Of a DNA stretch of 27,064 nt, positions 16,452 to 25,608 are shown in pieces (positions within the stretch are counted from its first letter, which is position 1; each line of letters opens with the position of its first letter). The notes under the pieces were generated by a model that saw only the letters and a list, made by a program, of their open reading frames with translations, ran no database searches and had not been told where the DNA came from. The position numbers and the translations under genes are program-made. The DNA is from a virus. Lineage: Duplodnaviria; Caudoviricetes. The stretch spans positions 1 through 27,064 of IMG/VR virus record IMGVR_UViG_3300032320_001532, one strand, 5' to 3'.

Positions 16452-18184
16452 TTCTTTTTTCCTTGACGCATATTAATTTGCCAGTGCGCTAATTGTTTTT
16501 TACGTGGACTGGCGGAATCACTGCTACGTATCTTTTTTAGTTGTGCTATACTCATACCCTTGCTGATACCGTGACGTTTACTGTCGCCTTTGTCCTGTGG
16601 ATTCTTTCCATCGGCAAAGTTTTCACCCACATTGTAAGTAGGATCAACTTTTTGTTTTTTCATGTTCTTAGGCTGATTAGGGTCAACAGGATCGATGTCT
16701 GTTGTTGTTAACCCTGTTTTTTGCAAAGCCTTGATATACTTGTGTTCTTCTTCTTCGCTACCAAAGGAAAAAATTGTACTAGGAGGTCCTTTACCAAAGT
16801 CATGTTTACCTAGTCCTTCTAAGTCACTGATATGCTGTCCTAACTTGTACCAATCATATACATCGCTTACATCAACTCTAACAGTGCCAGCAGGCATTGT
16901 AGGTTTAACTTCAGGACCCCTTGGTCTTTCATTAGGGTGTTGATCTTCTTCGGCATGTTTAAAGTATTGAACTTGACGTTCACGTTTTTCAGCACCAGAT
17001 TTTGTAGGGTAGGTTCCTAAATTTTTACCAGTCTTTTTACTTTGTAGTTGATATCCGCCTTTAACTTTAACAATATGTTCGTTAAATTGATCAGGATTCT
17101 TTCTACCCCACCAACGTAACAGCACACCTGCTAGAGCATTAGCCTCATTTTCATCCGGACTACCTGTTTCGCCATTTAGTTCACGTGCTTCATTTTGTTT
17201 ACGATGTACTAGTTCATGTGCTAGTGTTCGCATGATATCCATTTGATGACGATCTTTAACAGTAACAACAATGTCCTGTGTTTCTGGATCAAAATACCCT
17301 AGCGCACTAGTCCCACTGTCAGAAACTAATTTAATACGTGGAGCCTGTTGTATTTCTAAAAGTTTAATCGCCCATAGAGCAAATTCTTTAATACGTTGTT
17401 TTTTATCAGGAGTCCATGCTTCATTAAGACGACTTTCCATACCACCTCCATCTCCACCGGCATCACCGCCGCCCTCTCCGGAAGATACTCCGGCGGCACC
17501 ACTATAACCAGTATTCCAACCGTATAGTCCGTAAGGACCTGGACCGTATAGCGCACCGTATTTGTTTTTACGTTTTTTCTTTTTACGTTCTTCTAAAGAT
17601 TTAACATCACCGTTTCCTGTGATATGATAAGCATCAAATGTTACATCAGGATATTCTTGTTCCAATTCTTTAAACACACGCAAGTTAGTCATAGAATCGT
17701 CATACAAACTTACTTGATTAAATTTTCCGGTATCTAAATAACGTCTTACCCATACTGCTTTCTTTTCAGCAGGACCTTCTTTGCCTGGTAAGTTACCAGC
17801 ACGGTGTACATGAATTTTACTCATGTCTATACCGTGGTCGGCAAAGGTTTGTAGGAAAGTTTCTTTATTGTCAAAATCTGCACGGGCAGTTAGCATTATA
17901 ACTTTGCCCTGTGTATGATCTAATATTGTTTTTAGTTCGTCAAGCATTGGACCAATTGGTTCACTTTCTTGACGGAATTTTTCAGCATTACGGAATTCGC
18001 CAAAGTCGTATTCTTCCCCGTCTTGCAATTCGTAAGTATTAAATTCTTGATTAGTTAGAGAGCGCACAACTTCACCGTCTTTAATAACATTAATTTTAGC
18101 AGTCGTGTGAAACAGTGTATCGTCTATATCAAATATAGTTAAGATACCTTTGGGTCTGTCTTTAATAAAATCACTTGCTCTCAT
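16448..18184 (-). CDS. Multidomain protein: N-terminal HAD-family phosphatase, zincin-like HExxH domain and small basic modules
   Basis: IFDIDDTL (motif I), LTAR (II), K (III) and LYDDS (IV) are typical of PNKP-type HAD phosphatases; RTLAHELVH...ENEANA is a zincin motif. Confidence 0.82.
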   Translation of the reverse strand: MRASDFIKDRPKGILTIFDIDDTLFHTTAKINVIKDGEVVRSLTNQEFNTYELQDGEEYDFGEFRNAEKFRQESEPIGPMLDELKTILDHTQGKVIMLTARADFDNKETFLQTFADHGIDMSKIHVHRAGNLPGKEGPAEKKAVWVRRYLDTGKFNQVSLYDDSMTNLRVFKELEQEYPDVTFDAYHITGNGDVKSLEERKKKKRKNKYGALYGPGPYGLYGWNTGYSGAAGVSSGEGGGDAGGDGGGMESRLNEAWTPDKKQRIKEFALWAIKLLEIQQAPRIKLVSDSGTSALGYFDPETQDIVVTVKDRHQMDIMRTLAHELVHRKQNEARELNGETGSPDENEANALAGVLLRWWGRKNPDQFNEHIVKVKGGYQLQSKKTGKNLGTYPTKSGAEKRERQVQYFKHAEEDQHPNERPRGPEVKPTMPAGTVRVDVSDVYDWYKLGQHISDLEGLGKHDFGKGPPSTIFSFGSEEEEHKYIKALQKTGLTTTDIDPVDPNQPKNMKKQKVDPTYNVGENFADGKNPQDKGDSKRHGISKGMSIAQLKKIRSSDSASPRKKQLAHWQINMRQGKKK

Positions 18185-18389
18185 TTTTTCCTACTGGTGG
18201 TTCGCCTGTTAAGTACGGTTTACTAAACCATAACTGAAACCATTCATCTGTTCCTGGTTTGATATTATGTTTACGTTCTAATTCTCTTTTTTCTGTGCCT
18301 GTGATACTGACATTACTACCGCCCCATGGTTGGTAGCCTTTAAATTCATTTATTCCTGCTAACTTCTTTAATTGAGAAATTTCATCCAT
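18171..18389 (-). CDS. Small hypothetical protein
   Basis: 72 aa overlapping both neighbours; LKKLAG and PGTDEWFQLWF motifs. Confidence 0.75.
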   Translation of the reverse strand: MDEISQLKKLAGINEFKGYQPWGGSNVSITGTEKRELERKHNIKPGTDEWFQLWFSKPYLTGEPPVGKNESK

Positions 18390-19425
18390 TGTCTTTATCT
18401 TCTGGATTTTTAGTTAGCAAGATTTTGCCTTGAAGTTCGGGTTTATTTTTTAGAATGGCAAGTGCATAGTTATTAGCACCTTTTTTCCAATCAAATACTT
18501 TTACTTCGCCTCTAGACTTTAGGATCTTACCATCGATACGAATATACCATGGACCGCGATCCTGCTCTTTTTGTTTTGCTAGTTGACGCTGATAGTACTC
18601 TTCTTCGTCACCTAGTTCGTGTTCCATTTCGCGACGTTTGAATTCGCGTCTTTCTCTATCACCAAGACTGGGCGCATTTGGATCAGCAAATCCATGCTCG
18701 TATCCTGATTCTGCTAGATCTTTCATTTTCATATCGTCTTTATCCTTCTTAGATTCTTTTTCTTTTTTAGGCTCTTCTTTTTCTGGTTCTTCTTTTTTCT
18801 TAGATTCTGGTTTCTTTTTAGCCTTGTCTGCTTTGGCCTTGGCCTTTTCTTGATAAGGCAGTAGGTATTCAGCAACTAAATCGAAGAAAGGCTTGCCCAT
18901 TACTGGAGTTTCTGAACTTACTCCAGCGGCATCTGTGAACCCTTGTCTATCACCTCTTGCCACAGCATCTCGCAAACTAGTGGCAGAACTCTTACGAAGA
19001 TCTGATTTTGCGTCTTCTATGGTATCGTGGAATAATCTAATTTCTGGAAAATTATATTCTCCGTGCGGGCCTGATTTTCCGTTGTATTCTTTTACAGTAG
19101 GTACTACCCACTCTTCGTCAGTGACAATAATTAAATTTATAGCACCGTGTTTTTGATACACATAACTGGCCAGTGTTAACCAACTGGTTTCTGGAACAAT
19201 GTGATCCGCAACTTCAGGCCAAATCACTTTCATGCATTCTACTTTAACTTCGTATGGTAATGGATCCTTTGGACCTACAGTACTTTGATTAGTGCCTACG
19301 TACCATACATCTTTAGTATCAGCAGTTTCCCATGCGGCTTTATGACCTTTATGCGGAGGATTGAAGCGACCAAATATAATGGCTACTTCACTGACTTTTT
19401 CTTCAAATAGTTGTCTTAATCTCAT
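18382..19425 (-). CDS. Cytidylyltransferase-like (HxGH) nucleotidyltransferase with C-terminal extensions
   Basis: IIFGRFNPPHKGH, KDPL, SSATSLR (SxTxxR motif). Confidence 0.85.
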   Translation of the reverse strand: MRLRQLFEEKVSEVAIIFGRFNPPHKGHKAAWETADTKDVWYVGTNQSTVGPKDPLPYEVKVECMKVIWPEVADHIVPETSWLTLASYVYQKHGAINLIIVTDEEWVVPTVKEYNGKSGPHGEYNFPEIRLFHDTIEDAKSDLRKSSATSLRDAVARGDRQGFTDAAGVSSETPVMGKPFFDLVAEYLLPYQEKAKAKADKAKKKPESKKKEEPEKEEPKKEKESKKDKDDMKMKDLAESGYEHGFADPNAPSLGDRERREFKRREMEHELGDEEEYYQRQLAKQKEQDRGPWYIRIDGKILKSRGEVKVFDWKKGANNYALAILKNKPELQGKILLTKNPEDKDNG

Positions 19426-19426
19426 A

Positions 19427-20575
19427 TTATTCTCCAGGAGTCCACTGATCTCTGTTTACTAATTTAACATTGCCAAACTTCTTTTCAGGGCCAGCATAAC
19501 GCACACGACCTTCACCGTGGGTGTCCCAGATATCTCCTTGTTCGCCTTCAATCTGTTGCAATATGTTATTCTTCATTGATTGTATTTGTTTAACCATAGA
19601 AAACATTGATTCAACAGCATTTGGATGTGCATCCATTTTTTCTTGTATCTTTTGTTGTTTACCGGCGCTGACTTTAGATGCTTCTAACCAGTTTTTAAAA
19701 TTTTGCATACCTAAGTTGGCCAACTGACGTGCCTTGGCTGTTTGATTGACATAGGTATATAAAATATTCTTAAGATCACTTAATCCTGCCGTATCTGAAA
19801 GGAACCCTTCTATTTCGGCATTGTGTTGTTGAGCAAATTGTTCTATAGCGTCAACTTTACTGGTATCGATCTCTACAGGCTTTTTATTATAGATAGGACC
19901 TTGTACAATTAATTTAGGGTTAGCATTAAACTGATCAAAACTATCTAAAGGTTCTTGAGCACTGTCATCCATGCCAAACTCTGGAAAAAATGCGTGTCCA
20001 ACAACCATTACGTCTGCACCAGCAATACGTTTACCTAGTTCGCTTTCTCCACGTACATGATAACAGGTTTCTGATTTAGGATTAGGACAGAATGTATAGA
20101 CGCCATCTTTTAATTCTGGTCTTTGTAAAAACAGCGCATCGGCATAGACAAAGCCTACAAAGTCCTTCGGAGTAGCCGCGTCAAACGCTGGATACAAACT
20201 GGCAAACTTTTCTGCAAATGCTTCTCGCTGTTGCTTTTCTTCAGGAGTCTTTGGAGTACCGCTTTTATTAGCAATAAAATCTTTTACTGCTTCTGGGTTA
20301 TCTGTTTTAGCACCACGTGCCCAACCGTTGTGCCCTGATAGAATTAATGGACCGTTGGCTGTTTCTCTACCCCAATATACTTGTGGATTGCCGTCCCATT
20401 TCATACGAATTGATTCTGCACCTTGTTGTGTGGCAACTTCTTTAACGTGCTCTAATGCTTCCATAGTTCCGTCGATGCCGTAGAAAAACACTAGGTCTTC
20501 TAAGTGATTAAATGCACGACCTAGTTTCTTTTTTACCGCTTCTGCAGATTCTGTAAACAGTTCACGTAATCTCAT
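19427..20575 (-). CDS. ATP-dependent ligase-like nucleotidyltransferase (KxDG), possibly RNA-ligase-like
   Basis: HLEDL, MKWDGNP (motif I-like), ADALF (III-like), GEGRV (IV-like), VKLVNR (V-like). Confidence 0.6.
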   Translation of the reverse strand: MRLRELFTESAEAVKKKLGRAFNHLEDLVFFYGIDGTMEALEHVKEVATQQGAESIRMKWDGNPQVYWGRETANGPLILSGHNGWARGAKTDNPEAVKDFIANKSGTPKTPEEKQQREAFAEKFASLYPAFDAATPKDFVGFVYADALFLQRPELKDGVYTFCPNPKSETCYHVRGESELGKRIAGADVMVVGHAFFPEFGMDDSAQEPLDSFDQFNANPKLIVQGPIYNKKPVEIDTSKVDAIEQFAQQHNAEIEGFLSDTAGLSDLKNILYTYVNQTAKARQLANLGMQNFKNWLEASKVSAGKQQKIQEKMDAHPNAVESMFSMVKQIQSMKNNILQQIEGEQGDIWDTHGEGRVRYAGPEKKFGNVKLVNRDQWTPGE

Positions 20576-21426
20576 TCACTACTCCTAGACTGCTTAGGGC
20601 TTTTACGTTGTTTCCATTTTTTATCCGTACTGCACCAGTAGCGTCCGTATGTGCCTTCTACCACGCCCTGCATCCATGCAAACCATTCAGTAGAACCTTC
20701 CTTGACATCTTCGGGTTTCTTACCTTCATTGCCTGGCCAGTTTTCATCAGCCAATGCGTGTTGTATTTTAGGATTTCTTTCTTTGCCAGGCAATGCGTCG
20801 ATAATTCTTTCAACGTTGCCTAAATCTGCGGCAGTGGCCTGTGCACCGATTAAAATTCTAGCAACTTCATCTGCATTACTAGAAACAAAATCAGCCTTCT
20901 TACCATTTTCGTCTCTGGCAAATAATCCTTGGAATCCGCTCCACATTAATCCATATGGATACATTTGATTGCGTGTTTCTTTAGCAATACTGGAAAGTAA
21001 AATATGTTTGTGTAGACCTTTGAATGGAGTATTTTCTATACTGTAGTCATGCTGGTGAAACTTGCTAACAGCGCCAGCATCTTTGACAAACATAATATCT
21101 GCCTGTGCAAACTTATCACCATTAGGTACTTTAATATGTACATTGATTCCAGTTAGTGCAGATTCAGTTCCGTGATCTTGAAAATATGTTTTTAATTTTT
21201 GTCTTGCTTCTTTAGCCGTCTTAACTTTAAAAAAGTCCAGCATAGCCTGTTCGTCAACCATTAAGTCCATGTCTCCAGAACTGGCTTTATGTCCAGCACT
21301 ACCGACAGGAATTAAATCAATGCCACTAGGCATCATTGATTGTGCTTTGGCTAGTACTTCCTTGGCTTCTTCTTTACCAAAAGGTTCTACATCAGAAAAT
21401 ACATTGCCGCCTTCTAATAGGATCAT
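20572..21426 (-). CDS. Pol-beta superfamily nucleotidyltransferase
   Basis: VGSAGHKASSGDMDLMV (hGS...DxD) and third acidic residue in QADIM. Confidence 0.75.
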   Translation of the reverse strand: MILLEGGNVFSDVEPFGKEEAKEVLAKAQSMMPSGIDLIPVGSAGHKASSGDMDLMVDEQAMLDFFKVKTAKEARQKLKTYFQDHGTESALTGINVHIKVPNGDKFAQADIMFVKDAGAVSKFHQHDYSIENTPFKGLHKHILLSSIAKETRNQMYPYGLMWSGFQGLFARDENGKKADFVSSNADEVARILIGAQATAADLGNVERIIDALPGKERNPKIQHALADENWPGNEGKKPEDVKEGSTEWFAWMQGVVEGTYGRYWCSTDKKWKQRKSPKQSRSSE

Positions 21427-21767
21427 TTGTCGCTCCTATTATAAACTCCGTCTTCGATATTTGTTTTTTCTTCGTGAAACATTTTAACTGCGAGATCTTT
21501 GATCTCTTCGTCGTCAAAGATTTTTTTTGGATTTTGTGTTATTTTAAATTTGTTACAGTACGCAGGTATGGCTTTATCGATGCAAGGCATAAAACTCATT
21601 TCACTGCACTTAGCACCTGATTTAATTTTTGTTTTTAATTCAGAAATTACAGGATATGTGACTGTACGATAAAATCTCGGATCGTTGTGCATAAAGAATT
21701 TCAAGTCGTCGACCCAGTCAACATCCTGAAATTTTTCCATTTGATTGTCTACTTCTTTTATTTTCAT
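21423..21767 (-). CDS. Hypothetical protein
   Basis: Likely start MKIKEV at 21767, just past the upstream stop; the longer ORF-track start overlaps the upstream gene by >100 nt. Confidence 0.72.
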   Translation of the reverse strand: MKIKEVDNQMEKFQDVDWVDDLKFFMHNDPRFYRTVTYPVISELKTKIKSGAKCSEMSFMPCIDKAIPAYCNKFKITQNPKKIFDDEEIKDLAVKMFHEEKTNIEDGVYNRSDK

Positions 21768-21771
21768 AATT

Positions 21772-22194
21772 TTACCATGCCCTACAAGACCAATAGCGAG
21801 CTTTCCATCTTGGACCTGGATTAGCACAATTATGTCTTGCTCTAAATGATTTACGACGCCCTGGAATACTCTTTTTGATACGCATTTTTTTATCACCGAA
21901 GTTTACTTTAACCACAGTGCCTTTAGCGTTTTTTACATAAACTTTGGATTTTTTAACATCGCCCTTCATAGGTTTACCCAACGGAACCGAGCGCCCTTGA
22001 TAGGTTGCTTCCTCTAGATATAAACCTTCGGATGTTATTAGGTGTTCTCCTGTGTTATCGACACTGATAACAACACCGTCTTCTGTTAGATCTACAATCA
22101 CAGATTCAATGACGATATCGCCCAACTCTAGGCTGAAAACATCGCCTATAGCAGGATCTGCATCGATTTCACTTAAAAGTTCGCGAATATTCAT
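21772..22194 (-). CDS. Hypothetical protein: acidic N-terminal half and very basic C-terminal module
   Basis: MNIRELLSE start; after LEE comes ...VNFGD...RRKSFRARHNC...ARYWSCRAW; GGAG SD. Confidence 0.82.
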   Translation of the reverse strand: MNIRELLSEIDADPAIGDVFSLELGDIVIESVIVDLTEDGVVISVDNTGEHLITSEGLYLEEATYQGRSVPLGKPMKGDVKKSKVYVKNAKGTVVKVNFGDKKMRIKKSIPGRRKSFRARHNCANPGPRWKARYWSCRAW

Positions 22195-22212
22195 AGATAC
22201 TCCAGTAATAGA

Positions 22213-22220
22213 GTATTTAT
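22213..22220 (-). promoter_or_regulatory. Late-type promoter element ATAAATAC
   Basis: In the 40-nt gap, about 19 nt upstream of ATG 22194; heads the mosaic-protein block. Confidence 0.65.
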
Positions 22221-22234
22221 GCTATTTTGCCGCT

Positions 22235-22882
22235 CTATGAAATTTCACTTTCGAGAAACATTTCATCTACCCTGCGTATTTTGTCCCCTAGAAATATTTT
22301 ACACATTCCTAGGGTTTTTTCGTTAGCCGCATAGAAGTAACCTTCTGTGTGATAGGTTCTTCTAAGCAGTTTAATGCTGGGTATTTTTTCAGCCCACCGG
22401 TGAAAGTTTTCACTGGCATCTCTTAACGGATTTACAGTAACTCTGTACTTGTGAGTATATTTTTTAGCGATTATCGAGTTAGGCGTTGTTAGTAGGAAAT
22501 TCTTTATTACATCGTTAGCAGGTTTAGAAATATCTCTAATTTTACCTAGTTTTTCAATATTTGCAATCACAGTATCATCGTTAGTGTACACGCCAAGACA
22601 TTCGCCCTCGACACGTATGCCGTAGTCTGATTGGCTTTTTAGTATATTACAGAGATTAGATACATGAAAAATATCATTTGTGTTTACAAATTTTCTATAA
22701 TATGTGCCTAACTGAATTTTACCGTCTTTAGTTTTTTCTATCTGACTGGCAATAGCCTGGATTTTTGCAATAGTTCTAGGTAAATTTTTATAACGAAACT
22801 CCGAGGCTAATACAGTATTCAAACTAATCTTATAAACATACTTGTCAAAGAATAATTTAGATGTTTGCTTGTACAGTTTCAT
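22235..22882 (-). CDS. Basic hypothetical protein
   Basis: 215 aa ORF overlapping the clpA end; no family recognised. Confidence 0.78.
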   Translation of the reverse strand: MKLYKQTSKLFFDKYVYKISLNTVLASEFRYKNLPRTIAKIQAIASQIEKTKDGKIQLGTYYRKFVNTNDIFHVSNLCNILKSQSDYGIRVEGECLGVYTNDDTVIANIEKLGKIRDISKPANDVIKNFLLTTPNSIIAKKYTHKYRVTVNPLRDASENFHRWAEKIPSIKLLRRTYHTEGYFYAANEKTLGMCKIFLGDKIRRVDEMFLESEIS

Positions 22883-25097
22883 GTTTGACTTCTAATTTTA
22901 TTTCACCGTCTGCAACTGTAATGTTTACTGCACCGCCGTTTTTAAGACTACCAAACAGCATTTCTTTGGACAGTGGACGTTTAATATCTTTGTCAATAAC
23001 ACGTTGCAACGGACGGGCACCCATCTTAGGATCAAATCCTTTGTCCACCAAATAATCGATAGCATCGTTATCAATAGTAATTTTAATAGACTTTTCTTTA
23101 ACTTGATTTTTAAGTTCAACTAAGAATTTGCCCACAATCTTGATCATAATCTCTTTGCTGAGTTTACCAAAGGTAATTACGCCGTCTAAACGATTACGGA
23201 ATTCAGGAGCAAAGAATTTCTTAAGTTCCTTGTCTTCATAATCGTTATCCTGACTACCAAAGCCAATTGTGTTCTTTTCTGCATCACTAGCACCCAGGTT
23301 TGTAGTCATAATCAATACAACATTACGTGCATCGGCTACTTTGCCATTACTACCTGTGACAAAACCGTTATCCATAATCTGTAACAAGATTGTTGCAACA
23401 TCTGGATGTGATTTTTCAATTTCGTCTAACAACAGAACACAATGTGGATTCTCTTGTAGTTTAGTAATTAACAAGCCAGCATTTTCTTCAAAGCCAACAT
23501 AACCCGGTGGACTACCAATTAACTTAGATACACTGTGCTTCTCCTGATACTCACTCATATCAAAGCGGATTAACGGAACGCCTAACTGTTTACTGAGTTG
23601 TTTTGCGGCTTCTGTTTTACCAACACCAGTTGGCCCCATGAATACAAAACTGCCTACAGGTTTGTTTTCACTCTTTAGTCCTGCTTGTGCTACAAGAATC
23701 TTATCAACAATTTCTGTAATAGCATCATCTTGTCCATAGACTTCGCCTTTGAGATTCTTTTCAAGATTAGCAAGATTGTCGTTTTCTTTTTCCTTAACAG
23801 TATCTTCAGGAAGTTTAACCATCTTTGCTAATTCATATTGAATCTCAGCAACATCCACAACTTTATTGTCGCTGGATTTAATATTGAAACGACTGCAAGC
23901 CACATCAATTAAGTCGATAGCCTTATCAGGCAACTTCTTATCAGTCATATAACGCACAGATAATTTTACAGCACTTTCAATAGCCGCATCGGTGATTTCA
24001 GCACCGTGATGCTTTTCGTAATACTTTTTAATACCTTTAAGGATTTCCACAGCCATTTCTGGAGTAGGTTCGTCAACTGTAACACGTTGGAACCTACGCA
24101 TCAGCGCACGATCCTTTTCAAAGTACTTGCGATACTCTTCCCAAGTAGTTGAAGCAACAACTTTGATGTTACCTTTGCTCAGTGCAGGCTTCATCATGTT
24201 AGCAAGGTCGTTGCTGTTGCCATTACCCCCAGCACCCGCACCGTTGATCATGTGTGCTTCGTCGATGAACAGCACAGTTTTACCTTTTCCTTGCAAGGCT
24301 TTGAGAACCATTTTAAATCGTTCTTCAAAGTCACCTCGGTACTTACTACCTGCCAGCATAGCACTGATGTCTAAGTTAAACACAGTATAGTCTTTCAGGA
24401 ATTCTGGAACATTGCCGTTGATGATATTAAAAGCAAGACCTTCTGCAATAGCAGTCTTACCGACACCTGGATCGCCTACTAACAATACGTTGTTTTTAGT
24501 TCTACGTCCAAGACCCAGTGCAATAGATTCTAGTTCTTCTGTGCGACCAATAACTGGATCGATTTTTTGTTTCTTGACTTGGTCGTTTAAGTTGGTAGTG
24601 TATGCACGTAAGGCTTTTTCGCTTTGTGCATCAGTGACATTTTCTTCTTCGTCTTCTTCGATTTCACTGTTAATAAAATCAGCAAACTTTTCGCGATCAA
24701 CGCCGCCTTTATTAATATAGAAAACAGCGTAACTACGTTTTTCGCTAAGTGCGCTCATGAATACATCGACGAGTTCGATACTTTGACGGCCACTAAACAG
24801 AACTTGTGTAAATGCACGGTTGAGTACACGTTCAACAGTTTGTGTTTTTTTAGGCTTAAATCCTTTGGGGATCGGATCTATTTTAATTTCGTCTAATTGA
24901 TTCTTAAGATAGTGTTCGAGATTCTTTTTAATATAATCTCCATCGCCACCAAAGTTTACAAGAAGTTCGTAAAACTTTTCTTCACAGAGCATGGCAAAGA
25001 TAAGATGCTCTAGGGTTACATACTCGTGCCCTAGTTTTTTGCAATCTGCAACTGCTTTTTCAAAAACTACTTGTAGTTGTTCACTTGGTTCTACCAT
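22857..25097 (-). CDS. clpA: ClpA-type AAA+ ATPase / Clp protease ATP-binding subunit
   Basis: Clp N-domain (HEYVTLEHL), two Walker A motifs (GDPGVGKT, GPTGVGKT), KYRGDFEER, PDKAIDL, GSPPGYVG, IGF loop, GARPL; no ClpB middle domain. Confidence 0.93.
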   Translation of the reverse strand: MVEPSEQLQVVFEKAVADCKKLGHEYVTLEHLIFAMLCEEKFYELLVNFGGDGDYIKKNLEHYLKNQLDEIKIDPIPKGFKPKKTQTVERVLNRAFTQVLFSGRQSIELVDVFMSALSEKRSYAVFYINKGGVDREKFADFINSEIEEDEEENVTDAQSEKALRAYTTNLNDQVKKQKIDPVIGRTEELESIALGLGRRTKNNVLLVGDPGVGKTAIAEGLAFNIINGNVPEFLKDYTVFNLDISAMLAGSKYRGDFEERFKMVLKALQGKGKTVLFIDEAHMINGAGAGGNGNSNDLANMMKPALSKGNIKVVASTTWEEYRKYFEKDRALMRRFQRVTVDEPTPEMAVEILKGIKKYYEKHHGAEITDAAIESAVKLSVRYMTDKKLPDKAIDLIDVACSRFNIKSSDNKVVDVAEIQYELAKMVKLPEDTVKEKENDNLANLEKNLKGEVYGQDDAITEIVDKILVAQAGLKSENKPVGSFVFMGPTGVGKTEAAKQLSKQLGVPLIRFDMSEYQEKHSVSKLIGSPPGYVGFEENAGLLITKLQENPHCVLLLDEIEKSHPDVATILLQIMDNGFVTGSNGKVADARNVVLIMTTNLGASDAEKNTIGFGSQDNDYEDKELKKFFAPEFRNRLDGVITFGKLSKEIMIKIVGKFLVELKNQVKEKSIKITIDNDAIDYLVDKGFDPKMGARPLQRVIDKDIKRPLSKEMLFGSLKNGGAVNITVADGEIKLEVKHETVQANI

Positions 25098-25608
25098 TTA
25101 ATTTCCTCTGTTTTTTCAATGCTAAATCTAACTTTAACTTACTTACTCGATTAGTAAATGTAATACCGTCTAAATGGTCAATTTCGTGTTGAACGCATTT
25201 AGCATCGTACCCCGTTAATGTAAGTGTACATTCTTTGTTATTTTTGTCAAGATATTTTATAGAAACACTATTGGCTCTGGGGACTTTGATAAACAAATTT
25301 GGAAAACTTAAACAGCCTTCTTCGTCTATTTTTTCATCGGCGGATGATATGATTTGTGGATTGAACAAAGCAAACGGGTCTTGGCCGTTTAATTTTAATA
25401 CAATTACTCTACGATCGAACCCGACTTGATTTGCGGCAATGCCTATACCACGATCCCGATTCATAATATCAATCATACTACGTTCGATTTCTTCTGCATT
25501 TAGCCCGCAGTTGAAATCGTAGTTTTCTAATTTTTGATATAATATTGGATCAGGATCCAATCTAAGAACGAAATCCTTAGGATCCGTAACGCTGTGATAT
25601 TCTTTCAA
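25081..25608 (-). CDS. def: Peptide deformylase
   Basis: [24 protein letters not shown]. The start codon is uncertain (TTG). Confidence 0.95.
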   Translation of the reverse strand: MKEYHSVTDPKDFVLRLDPDPILYQKLENYDFNCGLNAEEIERSMIDIMNRDRGIGIAANQVGFDRRVIVLKLNGQDPFALFNPQIISSADEKIDEEGCLSFPNLFIKVPRANSVSIKYLDKNNKECTLTLTGYDAKCVQHEIDHLDGITFTNRVSKLKLDLALKKQRKLNGRTK

